This document shows, piece after piece, positions 48,901-58,558 of a stretch of DNA of 59,347 nucleotides. Both the position numbers and the translations under genes were made by a program. Source of the DNA: a virus. Lineage: Duplodnaviria; Caudoviricetes. Position 1 is the first letter of the stretch. Each line of letters starts with the position of its first letter. A model generated the notes under the pieces. The model searched no databases and had not been told where the DNA came from. It worked only from the letters and a program-made list of their open reading frames with translations. The stretch lies in the IMG/VR virus record IMGVR_UViG_3300032288_004867, positions 1-59,347 of that record; one strand, given 5' to 3'.

Positions 48901-50398
48901 TATTTATATTGTTAAATGTACCACCAGTAACAAATACCTCAGTACTACCAGTGTAGAATCCATTAATGGATACTGTACCACCAGTATTATTTGTTAAAGT
49001 TAAAGTACCATTAGAATATGAACCACTTACAGTTTTAGTGTCAAATTTAGGTAAATCAACACAAAGTGTTGTACCATTACCACTAATCGAACCACCACTT
49101 AATATAATATCGCCATTTAATACAACTAACTGTGAATCATCATTTAATTTTAATAACCCTTGTATATATAAATCACCATATATAAACGATTGATGATTCT
49201 CGTCAATTTCAAAAACTTCACCACTAGGTATGTACCAATAATTACCATATAATGAATTAAATCCATTAATAGATACTGTACCACCAGAATTATTTGTTAA
49301 TGTTAATAAACCATTAGTATATGTACCATTAACAGTTTTAGTGTCAAATTTAGGTAAATCAACACAAAGTGTTGTACCATTACCACTAATCGAACCACCA
49401 CTTAATATAATATCACCATTTAATACAACTAATTGAGCATTATCATTTAATTTTAATAAACCTTCGATATATAAATCACCATATATAAATGATTGGTGAT
49501 TTTCTTCAATTTCAATAACTTCACCACTAGGTATATGCCAATAATTACCATATAATGAATTAAACCCATCAATAGTTATTGTGCCACCAGTATTATTATT
49601 TAATGTTAATATTTTATTAAGTTCATTAAATGTACCACCAGTAACAAATACTTCAGTACTACCAGTGTAGAATCCATCAATGGATACTGTACCACCAGTA
49701 TTATTTGTTAAAGTTAAAGTACCATCACTATATGTACCACTTACAGTTTTAGTATCAAATTTAGGTAATTCAACTGATAATGTTGTACCATTACCACTAA
49801 TCGAACCACCACTTAATATAATATCACCATTTAATACAACTAATTGTGAGTTGTCGTTTAGTTTAATTAATCCTTGAACATATAAATCACCATATATAAA
49901 TGATTGATAATCACTAGGTATTTCAACAACAACATCAGATGGAATATACCATCTGTTACCATCATTTCTTATAATTGATGATAAATCAACAGTATAAGCT
50001 GATAACGTATCAGTTCTATCAAAAACTAAGGTTTCATCAACCAATGTAACACCAGTTGTATAATAGTTTGTGTATCCAGTTAAAAATCCAGACACATCAA
50101 ATGTACCACCTGTATTATTTGTAAATGTGGCAATACCATTTGTTGGATTATAAGTACCACCTGTTATGTAACTATCAGAACCACCACCAATACCATTTAT
50201 TGTTATTGTATTACCATTTATTTTTTGTAATACTAATTGATTACCACTTGTGTAACCAGAATGGATTAACTCACCTTTTAAATATATAAAATTATTATCA
50301 ACGTCAGCCCATGATAAAACACTACCAGTTGTTATATCATTAAAAGGACTAACCCAGGGGCTAATTACACTACGTAATATTAACTTATTATTTGCCAT
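45959..50398 (-). CDS. Mosaic tail fibre protein with a triplicated N-terminal domain and about 24 SHAEG repeats
   Basis: GSVLSWADVDNNF fibre-type start, three WxIPS..QSFIYGDLY..GLxKLND domains, SHAEG block. Confidence 0.7.
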   Translation of the reverse strand: MANNKLILRSVISPWVSPFNDITTGSVLSWADVDNNFIYLKGELIHSGYTSGNQLVLQKINGNTITINGIGGGSDSYITGGTYNPTNGIATFTNNTGGTFDVSGFLTGYTNYYTTGVTLVDETLVFDRTDTLSAYTVDLSSIIRNDGNRWYIPSDVVVEIPSDYQSFIYGDLYVQGLIKLNDNSQLVVLNGDIILSGGSISGNGTTLSVELPKFDTKTVSGTYSDGTLTLTNNTGGTVSIDGFYTGSTEVFVTGGTFNELNKILTLNNNTGGTITIDGFNSLYGNYWHIPSGEVIEIEENHQSFIYGDLYIEGLLKLNDNAQLVVLNGDIILSGGSISGNGTTLCVDLPKFDTKTVNGTYTNGLLTLTNNSGGTVSINGFNSLYGNYWYIPSGEVFEIDENHQSFIYGDLYIQGLLKLNDDSQLVVLNGDIILSGGSISGNGTTLCVDLPKFDTKTVSGSYSNGTLTLTNNTGGTVSINGFYTGSTEVFVTGGTFNNINKTLILTNNTGGTVSISGFSDVYTTGGTYNNGFTTFTNNTGGTFVVSSTTTYSAGVISGATGWTSTGTGQINLPALKVALFNNSDNIEPIMVYNVSAGVSGSGGINPLVDNDTNYIVINYNNGNPIYEVLNNDGTVNDSDIVLYLVVYRLNNFIHVLEFGNYGAGLPNKLNDRLMMTDRFARESGLSLGLSGSTGVVLLSSGVAWNGPYRQQLTAVNSQDDIFFKNYHSGGTWTYTTTGNTLNNTYYDDGNDVVSATTGNYIVNYYYRGQEINDHLYEVYGNNEYLSILEAESASEPTLPELITSHAFLVGRIIVKVGELTGITQTSFGTVFQPSGYASGFHNDLLNIQGGAPGEYYHLSSTEYNNLPLSVTGTTLSNNMLYFDRVNSLSAYTVDLSALDFTGNTSASCITDLYISNLYGCSPITLHNSLQSIGSTASGQFSHAEGGNTTANGDYSHAEGIFTTAFGLYSHAEGNQTTASGGASHAEGDNTKALGTYSHAEGDSTSAIGNYSHAEGGVTIASGEASHAEGSYTSASNTSAHAEGSYTIAIGNSSHAEGNNTTANGASSHAEGSQTTANGDMSHAEGSGTKAIGYVSHAEGFYTSASGDLSHAEGGATLASGTYSHAEGQSTKAIGNYGAHAEGANTTASGQASHAEGSNTTASGTTSHSEGRSTTAQGNSSHAEGFGTRASGSASHAEGSGTTASNKSAHAEGSYTIASGQASHAEGDNTTASGQWSHSEGVYTTAIGIASHAEGFYTTAIGTNSHAGGNNSRANGNASFIHSISSRVDGDRSVVLGGQGIIGTYNDTVYVPNLNIATTPSSDNTLTNILVRASDGSVKYRDVSTISSNSRVFQDINIANTYNGDILKVGNGTTEAGYVYYLKSDNTWAKTNASDILKSTGLIGIAIGTNPSTNGMLINGFANNTFLTGTAGQPLYLTTTDGLISEYPPSGVGYIVRVVGYKLANTNSIMFNVDPTFIQLT

Positions 50399-50489
50399 TA
50401 TAGTTTATTGATAAATATGTTTTTAAAAACCGTTAGTTTCATTATTTTTTAGTTTTATTATAAATATCTTAAAAAGATTAAATGTAAAT

Positions 50490-50521
50490 AAAAAAAAGGG
50501 AGTATTACTCTCCCTTTTTTT
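50490..50521. terminator. Terminator
   Basis: A8-GGGAG-TATTACT-CTCCC-T7. Confidence 0.85.
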
Positions 50522-50544
50522 ATAACTTTTTATTTTTTTTATTT

Positions 50545-53500
50545 TTAATCTGTTATGTTAGCAATTACTAATACATCAGTACTATCGTAATATGATAATC
50601 TGATAGTATTATCTTGCCTTCTAAAAAATGTTTTATCATAACTACTATAAACAATAGTGGCACTAGTAAAATCAGTATTACTTAAATTATCAGTTAAAAT
50701 ATTATTTCTTTTAAAATTACTACCAATAGTGTTGTAATTAAAATATGGTTTAATTATGTTATTTTCAAAATTAATCCCTATTGTATTATTATTAAAATAG
50801 TAATATATAACATTAGAACCAAATGAGGTATTAGTGGTATTATTGTTAAATCCAAAACCTATTTCATTAGAATAAAAACTACCAAGAATGTTATTAGCAT
50901 TAAAACCACCACCAATCACATTACCATTAAAATTATCAGTAGTTGTATTAGTATTAAATCTGTTACCAATAACATTATTATGGAATTTTGAACCACCAGC
51001 GTTATTTAAAGTATTACCAAAAAATTCATTACCAATATCATTTCTATAAAAATCAAGTTCGATAGTGTTACTGTAAAATTTATTACCAATTAAATTATCA
51101 TAAAAATTATCAATAATGGTATTACCATAACCTGAACCATGACTACCAGCATCACCAAAATAATCACCAATATTGTTGTTTTTAAAATTATCACTAATAG
51201 TATTAAATATAAAATAATTTTTAATATTGTTTGATTCAAAATTATTATCAATCGTATTATTTCCAAAATAATTTAATATGTTATTATCAGCAAAGAAATT
51301 TAAAACTGTATTATTATTAAAAGCGTTGCCTATTTTATTACCATAAATTTCATTACCTAATGAATTATTATCAAATCCATTAAGTATTTGATTATTATAG
51401 AAATAACCAACAATTTGATTATTAGTGAAAGCGTTACCAATTTTATTGTTGTAAAATTCCTGACCAATAGTGTTGTTATTAAACTCATAACCAATATCAT
51501 TTCTATAGAATGACCAATTACCAATATTTAAATTATCACCAAGTGTGTTATTATTAAAATTATAACCTAGTTTATTACTATTAAAATTATTATATATTTC
51601 ATTATCATTAAACCCATTGTCAATAATATTACCATAAAAATTATGAAATATTGTATTATTATTAAACCCGTTTAATATTTCATTTCTATAAAAATCACGA
51701 GAAGCAAAATTATTATTAAATCCATTATTTATAATGTTATTTTGAACATCAGAACCAAATTCATTATCATAAAAATCAACACCAAATTTGTTTCTCCATA
51801 CTTCACCATTAAATTTATTATTATTAAAGTTGTCACCAATAGTATTATTATAAAAACCATTTTTAGTTACATTACTATATAACTCACCAACAAATGTGTT
51901 ATTATAAAAATCATCAGCAAATGAATTATTATAATATAAATTTAAAGTATTATTGTAAGATTGACTTCCAAATGTTGTGTTTGGTAATAAGAAATTATTA
52001 TTATTAATTACTTGACCTAAATAGTTATTTTTAGATATTACCTCACCAAAATTATCCAATTCAAAATCAAATCTAAATGTAGGTACTTCAACATAACTAT
52101 CACCAACTATATTATTTGACTTAAATTCAAATGATTTATATTCTGTAGCATATAATGGTGAAACAATATAGTTACCAGTATCATACATATCATTACCACC
52201 ATCACCAATAAAGTTTGTACCAACATCATTAAAATAATATAATCTAGGGCTAGGACCTGATTGAGATGGTAAAACACCAGTTATATTTGAATAGTTTGTA
52301 TTTAAATTAGTTAATATATTATTTATCGTTTGCCCACTAGATAATAATAAATACTGATTAACAATATTGTCTATATCTAAATCAGAAATAGTGTTACCGT
52401 TATCTAAAGCAGTTAATAAATAACTCACTTGAGTTACACCAGCTAAATTTTCAAGCTTATGTAATCCACTATTAGTTCCTGAACCAATAGTTTGAACAAT
52501 ACCAGAACCATCAGTATTTACAATAATGATTTCATTTATTGATGGGTCACCAGCATTATATACTCTTTTAACAAATGCTGTGTAATTATTTGAACCAACA
52601 GTGTACGTATAAACATTTTGAGAACCATTACCATCAGCACCTAAATCACCATTTAATTCAAATCTATCAATGTTAACATTGTCAGCAATCATAACGAATA
52701 ATCCTGGGTATGTATTTGTAAAATAATTTGACCCAGAACCAAAATATGTGTCACCAGATTGAACTGAACCATCAAATGTAAAATCACCAAATGAAGCTTC
52801 AACCATAAGATTAATTGGTGGTTGCATTTGTGTATGGGTGTACGGTACATAAGTTGGTGAACCAATAATTTGAGTACTTGTTGAGTAAAAATATAAATTA
52901 GTGTTATTGTAATAAGTTTCACCGCTAACTACCATATTTAAATCATCAGCTATTGAAATTATTTTATAATTTCGACCACTATTTGGGTTAAATGGGTCAA
53001 TAACATATATAACCTGATTAATATTAAAGTTTGTAAATAATGTATTTGTACCAGTTACAGTACCATTACTCATATCTAACTTACCTGGTTCTGGATTATT
53101 TAAATTATAAAAATATGTTTTGTATCTTTTAAATAAAATATTTCTATGGTCGTAAGATGTTCTATTGTTAAATTCATCTATTCTTTCTGTAATTCTACCA
53201 AACGCAACATTAGTTGTAACTTCAGTAGCACTAAAAGTCCAATCATATTGAATTCTATCATTAGGGTATTCTGGTTGGTATGCTTCTGATGATATTTTAT
53301 TAACATCAATTGCTAATACTAATATAGGTTCAACTGGACCTTGTTTATAAGTATTTGAACCAACTATTTCGTTAGCATCAAAATCAAAATCTGGTTGGTC
53401 ATAACATGTTTGATAATCTGAAATTAAATAGAAAGAACCAGCCAATAATTTAGAACCTAATATATCAGAAACTAATTGACTATATGTTGTTGTTATTGCA

Positions 53501-54264
53501 TTATTAGTAAATCCAGTTATTGTAATATTACTTAATTGGGTTCTACTTAATGTTAATGTACCAGCTGAGTATGTTCCACCAGTTATGTATATATCTGCTG
53601 GTAAATTTAAATAAGTAGCTGCTGAAAATGTATTTGCTGACAACCCATTTGTGAATTGAGTTGCTCCAGAAACTGTACCACCAGTAAAAGAATCAACTGG
53701 TAAATTTAAATAAGTAGTTGCTGAAAATGTGTTAGCAGTTAAACCATTTAAAAAGTTAGTGTTACCAACAACAGTACCACCAGTAAAAGAATCAACTGGT
53801 AAGTTTAAATAAGTTGTTGCTGAAATCACATTTGCATCTAAACCATTTGTAAATGATGTAGCACCATTAACAGTACCACCAGTAAAAGAATCAACTGGTA
53901 AGTTTAAATAAGTTGTTGCTGAAATCACATTTGCATCTAAACCATTTAAGAAATTAGTTGGCCCAGCAACAGTACCACCAGTAAAAGAATCAACTGGTAA
54001 ATTTAAATAAGTTGTTGCTGAAATTACATTTGCATCTAAACCATTTGTAAATGATGTAGCACCACTAACAGTACCACCAGTAAACTGTAAACCATCACTT
54101 TCTAAATTTATTATTGCACCATTAGGGTTTTTCTTTTCGAAAATACCACTAGATAAATCAACACCTAAAAAATATGTGTTAGTTGATGCTGATAATGAAT
54201 TAAAATTTTCACCAGTAACATATACTGTTGTTTTACCATTGTTTTGTTGAATAATTCTTCCCAT
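50545..54264 (-). CDS. Fibre/spike protein with SATTYLNLP repeats and an Asn-rich beta-solenoid
   Basis: Five 33-aa FTGGTV..T.F.NGL.AN..SATTYLNLP repeats and a long run of 11-aa FxNNxIGNx repeats. Confidence 0.65.
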   Translation of the reverse strand: MGRIIQQNNGKTTVYVTGENFNSLSASTNTYFLGVDLSSGIFEKKNPNGAIINLESDGLQFTGGTVSGATSFTNGLDANVISATTYLNLPVDSFTGGTVAGPTNFLNGLDANVISATTYLNLPVDSFTGGTVNGATSFTNGLDANVISATTYLNLPVDSFTGGTVVGNTNFLNGLTANTFSATTYLNLPVDSFTGGTVSGATQFTNGLSANTFSAATYLNLPADIYITGGTYSAGTLTLSRTQLSNITITGFTNNAITTTYSQLVSDILGSKLLAGSFYLISDYQTCYDQPDFDFDANEIVGSNTYKQGPVEPILVLAIDVNKISSEAYQPEYPNDRIQYDWTFSATEVTTNVAFGRITERIDEFNNRTSYDHRNILFKRYKTYFYNLNNPEPGKLDMSNGTVTGTNTLFTNFNINQVIYVIDPFNPNSGRNYKIISIADDLNMVVSGETYYNNTNLYFYSTSTQIIGSPTYVPYTHTQMQPPINLMVEASFGDFTFDGSVQSGDTYFGSGSNYFTNTYPGLFVMIADNVNIDRFELNGDLGADGNGSQNVYTYTVGSNNYTAFVKRVYNAGDPSINEIIIVNTDGSGIVQTIGSGTNSGLHKLENLAGVTQVSYLLTALDNGNTISDLDIDNIVNQYLLLSSGQTINNILTNLNTNYSNITGVLPSQSGPSPRLYYFNDVGTNFIGDGGNDMYDTGNYIVSPLYATEYKSFEFKSNNIVGDSYVEVPTFRFDFELDNFGEVISKNNYLGQVINNNNFLLPNTTFGSQSYNNTLNLYYNNSFADDFYNNTFVGELYSNVTKNGFYNNTIGDNFNNNKFNGEVWRNKFGVDFYDNEFGSDVQNNIINNGFNNNFASRDFYRNEILNGFNNNTIFHNFYGNIIDNGFNDNEIYNNFNSNKLGYNFNNNTLGDNLNIGNWSFYRNDIGYEFNNNTIGQEFYNNKIGNAFTNNQIVGYFYNNQILNGFDNNSLGNEIYGNKIGNAFNNNTVLNFFADNNILNYFGNNTIDNNFESNNIKNYFIFNTISDNFKNNNIGDYFGDAGSHGSGYGNTIIDNFYDNLIGNKFYSNTIELDFYRNDIGNEFFGNTLNNAGGSKFHNNVIGNRFNTNTTTDNFNGNVIGGGFNANNILGSFYSNEIGFGFNNNTTNTSFGSNVIYYYFNNNTIGINFENNIIKPYFNYNTIGSNFKRNNILTDNLSNTDFTSATIVYSSYDKTFFRRQDNTIRLSYYDSTDVLVIANITD

Positions 54265-54341
54265 GTCTTAATTAATTTTATTAATAAATATATTCTTATA
54301 TTAGATACAACATATTTTTTTTATTTTTTTTTTATAATTCT

Positions 54342-56048
54342 TTATGTTTCACAATAAACAACACAACCAGAACTAATATCACACCAGTTTAAATCACAGA
54401 TATTAAATTTAAATTCTGATATTTGACCAATAAAACTACCAGCAAAATTTTGCTCAATTAATAAACCTAAATCTTCAGTATCCTGACCATCAAACGTCAT
54501 ACTTTCCAATAAACCTTGAGAACCGCCACCAATACTAATATTGAATGGTACACCAACTTGCTTACCCTTATATTCATTAAGTCTTCTACCTATAAATTCG
54601 TCAACATTCTTAAACGTTGCTTTTAATTTGCAATCAACATAAATCATTATTTTACCTTTCCTACTTGGTAAACATTTTAATTCCTCATCAGTATAATAAT
54701 CATCAGATACATATCTAATTGTTATTTTCGTCCATTGGTCATTTTTAACCATACCACTTAATGAATATTGTTCTTCAACTGTAACACCCGTTGTGCCACC
54801 AGAACAATAATATTTTAATGCTCTATACCCTACACTACCGTCATCAGTTATTCTAAAACCTATCGCATTATCATAAACATCTAAATTTTTATCTAATTCT
54901 AATACTATTTCACTATCACCACTATATGAACATACAGTTTGTTTACCATATGATTCATCATCTTTAGGTTTACCACAACCACCACATCTACCTGAATTTG
55001 ATTTAGCTCTACCGTATATTAAAAATTGATTTCTAAAATCGGTTCGTTTTCTAACATAATCAGCAATAGTGATACTATCACCAGTAAAACTACATACGGT
55101 TTGTTTACCATACTCATCACTATCTAATGGTTTACCACAACCACCGCATCTATCACTAGTATTTTTAGCTCTACCATATATTAAAAATTGATTAGTTATT
55201 GTTTTAATGTCTAATAATGGTGGATTTAAAAATATATGATAACCAGTATCTGAATCGTATAACTGTATTTCAGTTTCCTTTGTTTCTGTACAAAATTTAG
55301 TTATGACATCTGAACAACCATCAGGTTGAGTACAATCAATTGTACAACCAGTATTATTACCATCAAATATATTCCAAAATTTATTTTCAGCCCTTGTACC
55401 CATATAAAAGAAAAACCCTTTATTATCTGGGTATAAATCATTTAATGTTGTCCCAGTTGTTCCAGAGCATGATTCTTCTTTCATTAACCAAAAATCCGCA
55501 ACCCAAGCTTTATTAGTTCTAGTTGGTAAGACTTGATATGTTGAACCATCAATTTTATAATAACCTTGATAAAAACCACCACAAAATCTAATAGTATTAC
55601 CCCATGGTTCTGGGTTATTAACTAATTCAATTGGATATATAAATTGTTGGGTTGAACCAGTAACTCTATGTAATTTTAATCTATAATCATTTGCTGGTAT
55701 TGTTAATGTTGTACCTGTTAATATATTAACCAGACCTTCATTTTTTGTATCACCTAATGCTTGATTATAAACTAATTCACCATTATCTAAACCAGTTAAC
55801 CCAAAGGTATCAAATGTGTAACCACTATTGGTTGCACCAGTCCATGTTCTTAATGAATAAATTTCATTTATTGATGTTAAATTGTTAAATGTTTTTGGGT
55901 TATTAAAATCAAACCAAGTTACAAAACAATCAATAGATTCCATATTTTGACTATGATGATAATCGACATCACCGTTTAGTAAATAAAAATCATAATATTC
56001 ACTATCACTAAGTCTTAAATCTAATTTTTTATTAATAAAATTTCCCAT
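54342..56048 (-). CDS. Cys-rich virion protein, possible LamG/lectin-like fold
   Basis: 568 aa. Duplicated RCGGCGKP module. WTKITI...IYVD and NFAGSFIGQISEFKF resemble a concanavalin-like sandwich. Confidence 0.5.
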   Translation of the reverse strand: MGNFINKKLDLRLSDSEYYDFYLLNGDVDYHHSQNMESIDCFVTWFDFNNPKTFNNLTSINEIYSLRTWTGATNSGYTFDTFGLTGLDNGELVYNQALGDTKNEGLVNILTGTTLTIPANDYRLKLHRVTGSTQQFIYPIELVNNPEPWGNTIRFCGGFYQGYYKIDGSTYQVLPTRTNKAWVADFWLMKEESCSGTTGTTLNDLYPDNKGFFFYMGTRAENKFWNIFDGNNTGCTIDCTQPDGCSDVITKFCTETKETEIQLYDSDTGYHIFLNPPLLDIKTITNQFLIYGRAKNTSDRCGGCGKPLDSDEYGKQTVCSFTGDSITIADYVRKRTDFRNQFLIYGRAKSNSGRCGGCGKPKDDESYGKQTVCSYSGDSEIVLELDKNLDVYDNAIGFRITDDGSVGYRALKYYCSGGTTGVTVEEQYSLSGMVKNDQWTKITIRYVSDDYYTDEELKCLPSRKGKIMIYVDCKLKATFKNVDEFIGRRLNEYKGKQVGVPFNISIGGGSQGLLESMTFDGQDTEDLGLLIEQNFAGSFIGQISEFKFNICDLNWCDISSGCVVYCET

Positions 56049-56050
56049 TA

Positions 56051-58558
56051 TTAAAATGATTCAAGTGGAAACCTTCTCCAACCGTTATTACCCTTTATGT
56101 ATAAATAGTCTTCATCTCTAGTTATATCACCAACTTTACCATAATTATCTGAACTTGAAGTTGGTGTTCTTTCTGGTATTATTAAACTTAGTGGTGCAAT
56201 TGAATTATTTGTTATCCAACTACCTTCTGCATTTAATTTAAATTCAGCACTAACACCATTATCCAAACCATTTATAACTGATATACCACCACCAACTGAA
56301 GTTTGTTTATTTCCGTTATAATTAAGTTCAATGTTATTATCTTCAGCAACAACCGTTTGGGTTTCTAATATCAAACTGTTAGTTGTTGTTAATTCTTTAA
56401 TTGCTTCAACTAATAACGGAATAACCCCATCAATATGAATACCTTTATATTCACTATTTTTATTTGTGAAAACCAATAATGGTTCAACATTTTCAACTTG
56501 TTGTGCAATAAAACCTAATCTAATATTATCACCACCAGCACTTCTATCTTTCCATTGATAAGTAACACCTTGTAAATTTTTTATTTTAGTTAAAGCATTT
56601 GAAATAGGTTCAATATTTTCTTTTAATCTTTCATCAGATGTATTTGTTGTTAAAAATCCGTTGGCATCGATTCTAATATCATTAACAAATGCTGTGGCAC
56701 CAACAAGGTTAATATTTAAACTTTCAACATAAGTGTGATTTGCAGTGGTACCATTAAGATTATCACCCAAAACTATTGTTGAATTTGCTGTAGCTGTTGA
56801 ATTATTACCGTGAACAAATGAATAAATACCAATTGTTGCTGTTTGACTACCACCAGCATGTGAATAATTACCACTTGCAGTTGTATTAAGACCTTCAGCA
56901 TGTGAATAATTACCATTAGCTATTGTACCATACCCCTCAGCGTGTGATGCAGTACCACTAGCTAATGTTGCACCACCCTCAGCGTGTGAATAAGAACCAA
57001 TAGCTGATGTACTATTACCTTCAACATGTGAATAATCACCAATAGCTGTTGTATTAACACCTTCAGCATGTGACCCAGCACCAATTGCTTCAGTATTACC
57101 CCCCTCAGCATGTGACCCAGCACCAATTGCGGTTGTTTGATAACCCTCAGCATGTGAATAATTACCTCTTGCTGTTGTTAAATAACCTTCAGCATGTGAT
57201 GAACTACCACTAGCTATTGTTGATTGACCTTCAGCATGTGACATATCACCAAAAGATGTTGTTAAATAACCTTCAGCATGTGACGCATAACCACTAGCTG
57301 TTGTATTATTACCTTCAGCATGTGAATAAGGAGCAAGACCTGTTGTACTAATACCTTCAGCATGTGACGAATTACCAATTGCTTTAGTACTATCACCTTC
57401 AGCATGTGAATAATCACCAATAGCTGTTGTACTATTACCCTCAGTGTGTGATAATGCACCATTAGCTTTTGTATTAACCCCTTCAGCATGCGAGGCAAAA
57501 CCAATAGCTTTACTTAAATAACCTTCAACATGTGACATATCACCTTGTGCTGTTGTAAGAACACCTTCTGAGTGTGATGATTGACCAGATGCTATAGTAC
57601 CTTCATATAATGTAAAACCATCATAATAAAAACCACCTTCAGCATGTGAACCATTGCCAATAGTTATTGTACTTTTACCTTCAGAGTGTGAATAATTACC
57701 GCCAGCGGTTGTATCTCTACCTTCAGCATGTGATGAACTACCACTAGCTATTGTTTCTCTACCTTCAGCATGTGAACCATAATCACCACTAGCTGTTGTG
57801 TTATCACCTTCAGCATGTGATTGATTACCACTAGCTGTTGTAGAATAACCTTCAGCTAATGCGTAATTACCAGAAGCTAAATTTAACGAGCTTTCAGTTA
57901 CAATTGCATAAGTACCAGTTGATGCCGACCAAAATGTTGTGCCAGATGTAACAGCAGATACTGATTGCCAAGTTGCTTCACCTTCAAAATTAGAAGTTAA
58001 AACATAACCAGGTTGTGGATTATCACTTACTATTAATTTTTTTGTTCTTAATATTTCTGTATTATCAATCCATATTGTTCTACCTGTAAAATCTAAAGTA
58101 CCAGCACTAAATATGAAAAAATCAGTAGATACTGTACCGATATAATTACCAGGTGTTGGTTCTGTCATTGTTATTGGATAAAAGTTTTGGAATGAAACAC
58201 CAGAATATGTTAAATTAACAACATTACCATCAATTATTGTTGAACTACTTGGTGCAAATACAGCACCTATAAATTGAGAAACACCACTATTTGATGGTGT
58301 TAATGCTGAAATATATGGGTCAACTAATGAAACATTTGGAATACCCCAAGTAAATATTGTTGTTGCACTATTACCAGAATACGAACTAATAACACCAAAA
58401 TATTGGGATGTTTGTGCAGTTGTTGTTAAATCTGGCCCAGAAGTCAAACCACTAAATGGTACACCAAAAACAGTGGTACCAGACAATATAGTATTAGTTC
58501 TTTCCCTTTGTTTTATTTGTCTATTATCAGAATAATCTAATTTTGTTCTAAAAGCCAT
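56051..58558 (-). CDS. Tail fibre with about 24 SHAEG repeats and an internal peptidase S74 chaperone domain
   Basis: SDERLKENI..AL.KI..L.GVTY.W..GFIAQQV..LVEAIKEL. Confidence 0.85.
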   Translation of the reverse strand: MAFRTKLDYSDNRQIKQRERTNTILSGTTVFGVPFSGLTSGPDLTTTAQTSQYFGVISSYSGNSATTIFTWGIPNVSLVDPYISALTPSNSGVSQFIGAVFAPSSSTIIDGNVVNLTYSGVSFQNFYPITMTEPTPGNYIGTVSTDFFIFSAGTLDFTGRTIWIDNTEILRTKKLIVSDNPQPGYVLTSNFEGEATWQSVSAVTSGTTFWSASTGTYAIVTESSLNLASGNYALAEGYSTTASGNQSHAEGDNTTASGDYGSHAEGRETIASGSSSHAEGRDTTAGGNYSHSEGKSTITIGNGSHAEGGFYYDGFTLYEGTIASGQSSHSEGVLTTAQGDMSHVEGYLSKAIGFASHAEGVNTKANGALSHTEGNSTTAIGDYSHAEGDSTKAIGNSSHAEGISTTGLAPYSHAEGNNTTASGYASHAEGYLTTSFGDMSHAEGQSTIASGSSSHAEGYLTTARGNYSHAEGYQTTAIGAGSHAEGGNTEAIGAGSHAEGVNTTAIGDYSHVEGNSTSAIGSYSHAEGGATLASGTASHAEGYGTIANGNYSHAEGLNTTASGNYSHAGGSQTATIGIYSFVHGNNSTATANSTIVLGDNLNGTTANHTYVESLNINLVGATAFVNDIRIDANGFLTTNTSDERLKENIEPISNALTKIKNLQGVTYQWKDRSAGGDNIRLGFIAQQVENVEPLLVFTNKNSEYKGIHIDGVIPLLVEAIKELTTTNSLILETQTVVAEDNNIELNYNGNKQTSVGGGISVINGLDNGVSAEFKLNAEGSWITNNSIAPLSLIIPERTPTSSSDNYGKVGDITRDEDYLYIKGNNGWRRFPLESF

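Noticed and set aside
14089-57504. Many short HMLKV-rich ORFs
   Set aside because: Alternate-frame shadows of the SHAEG repeats.
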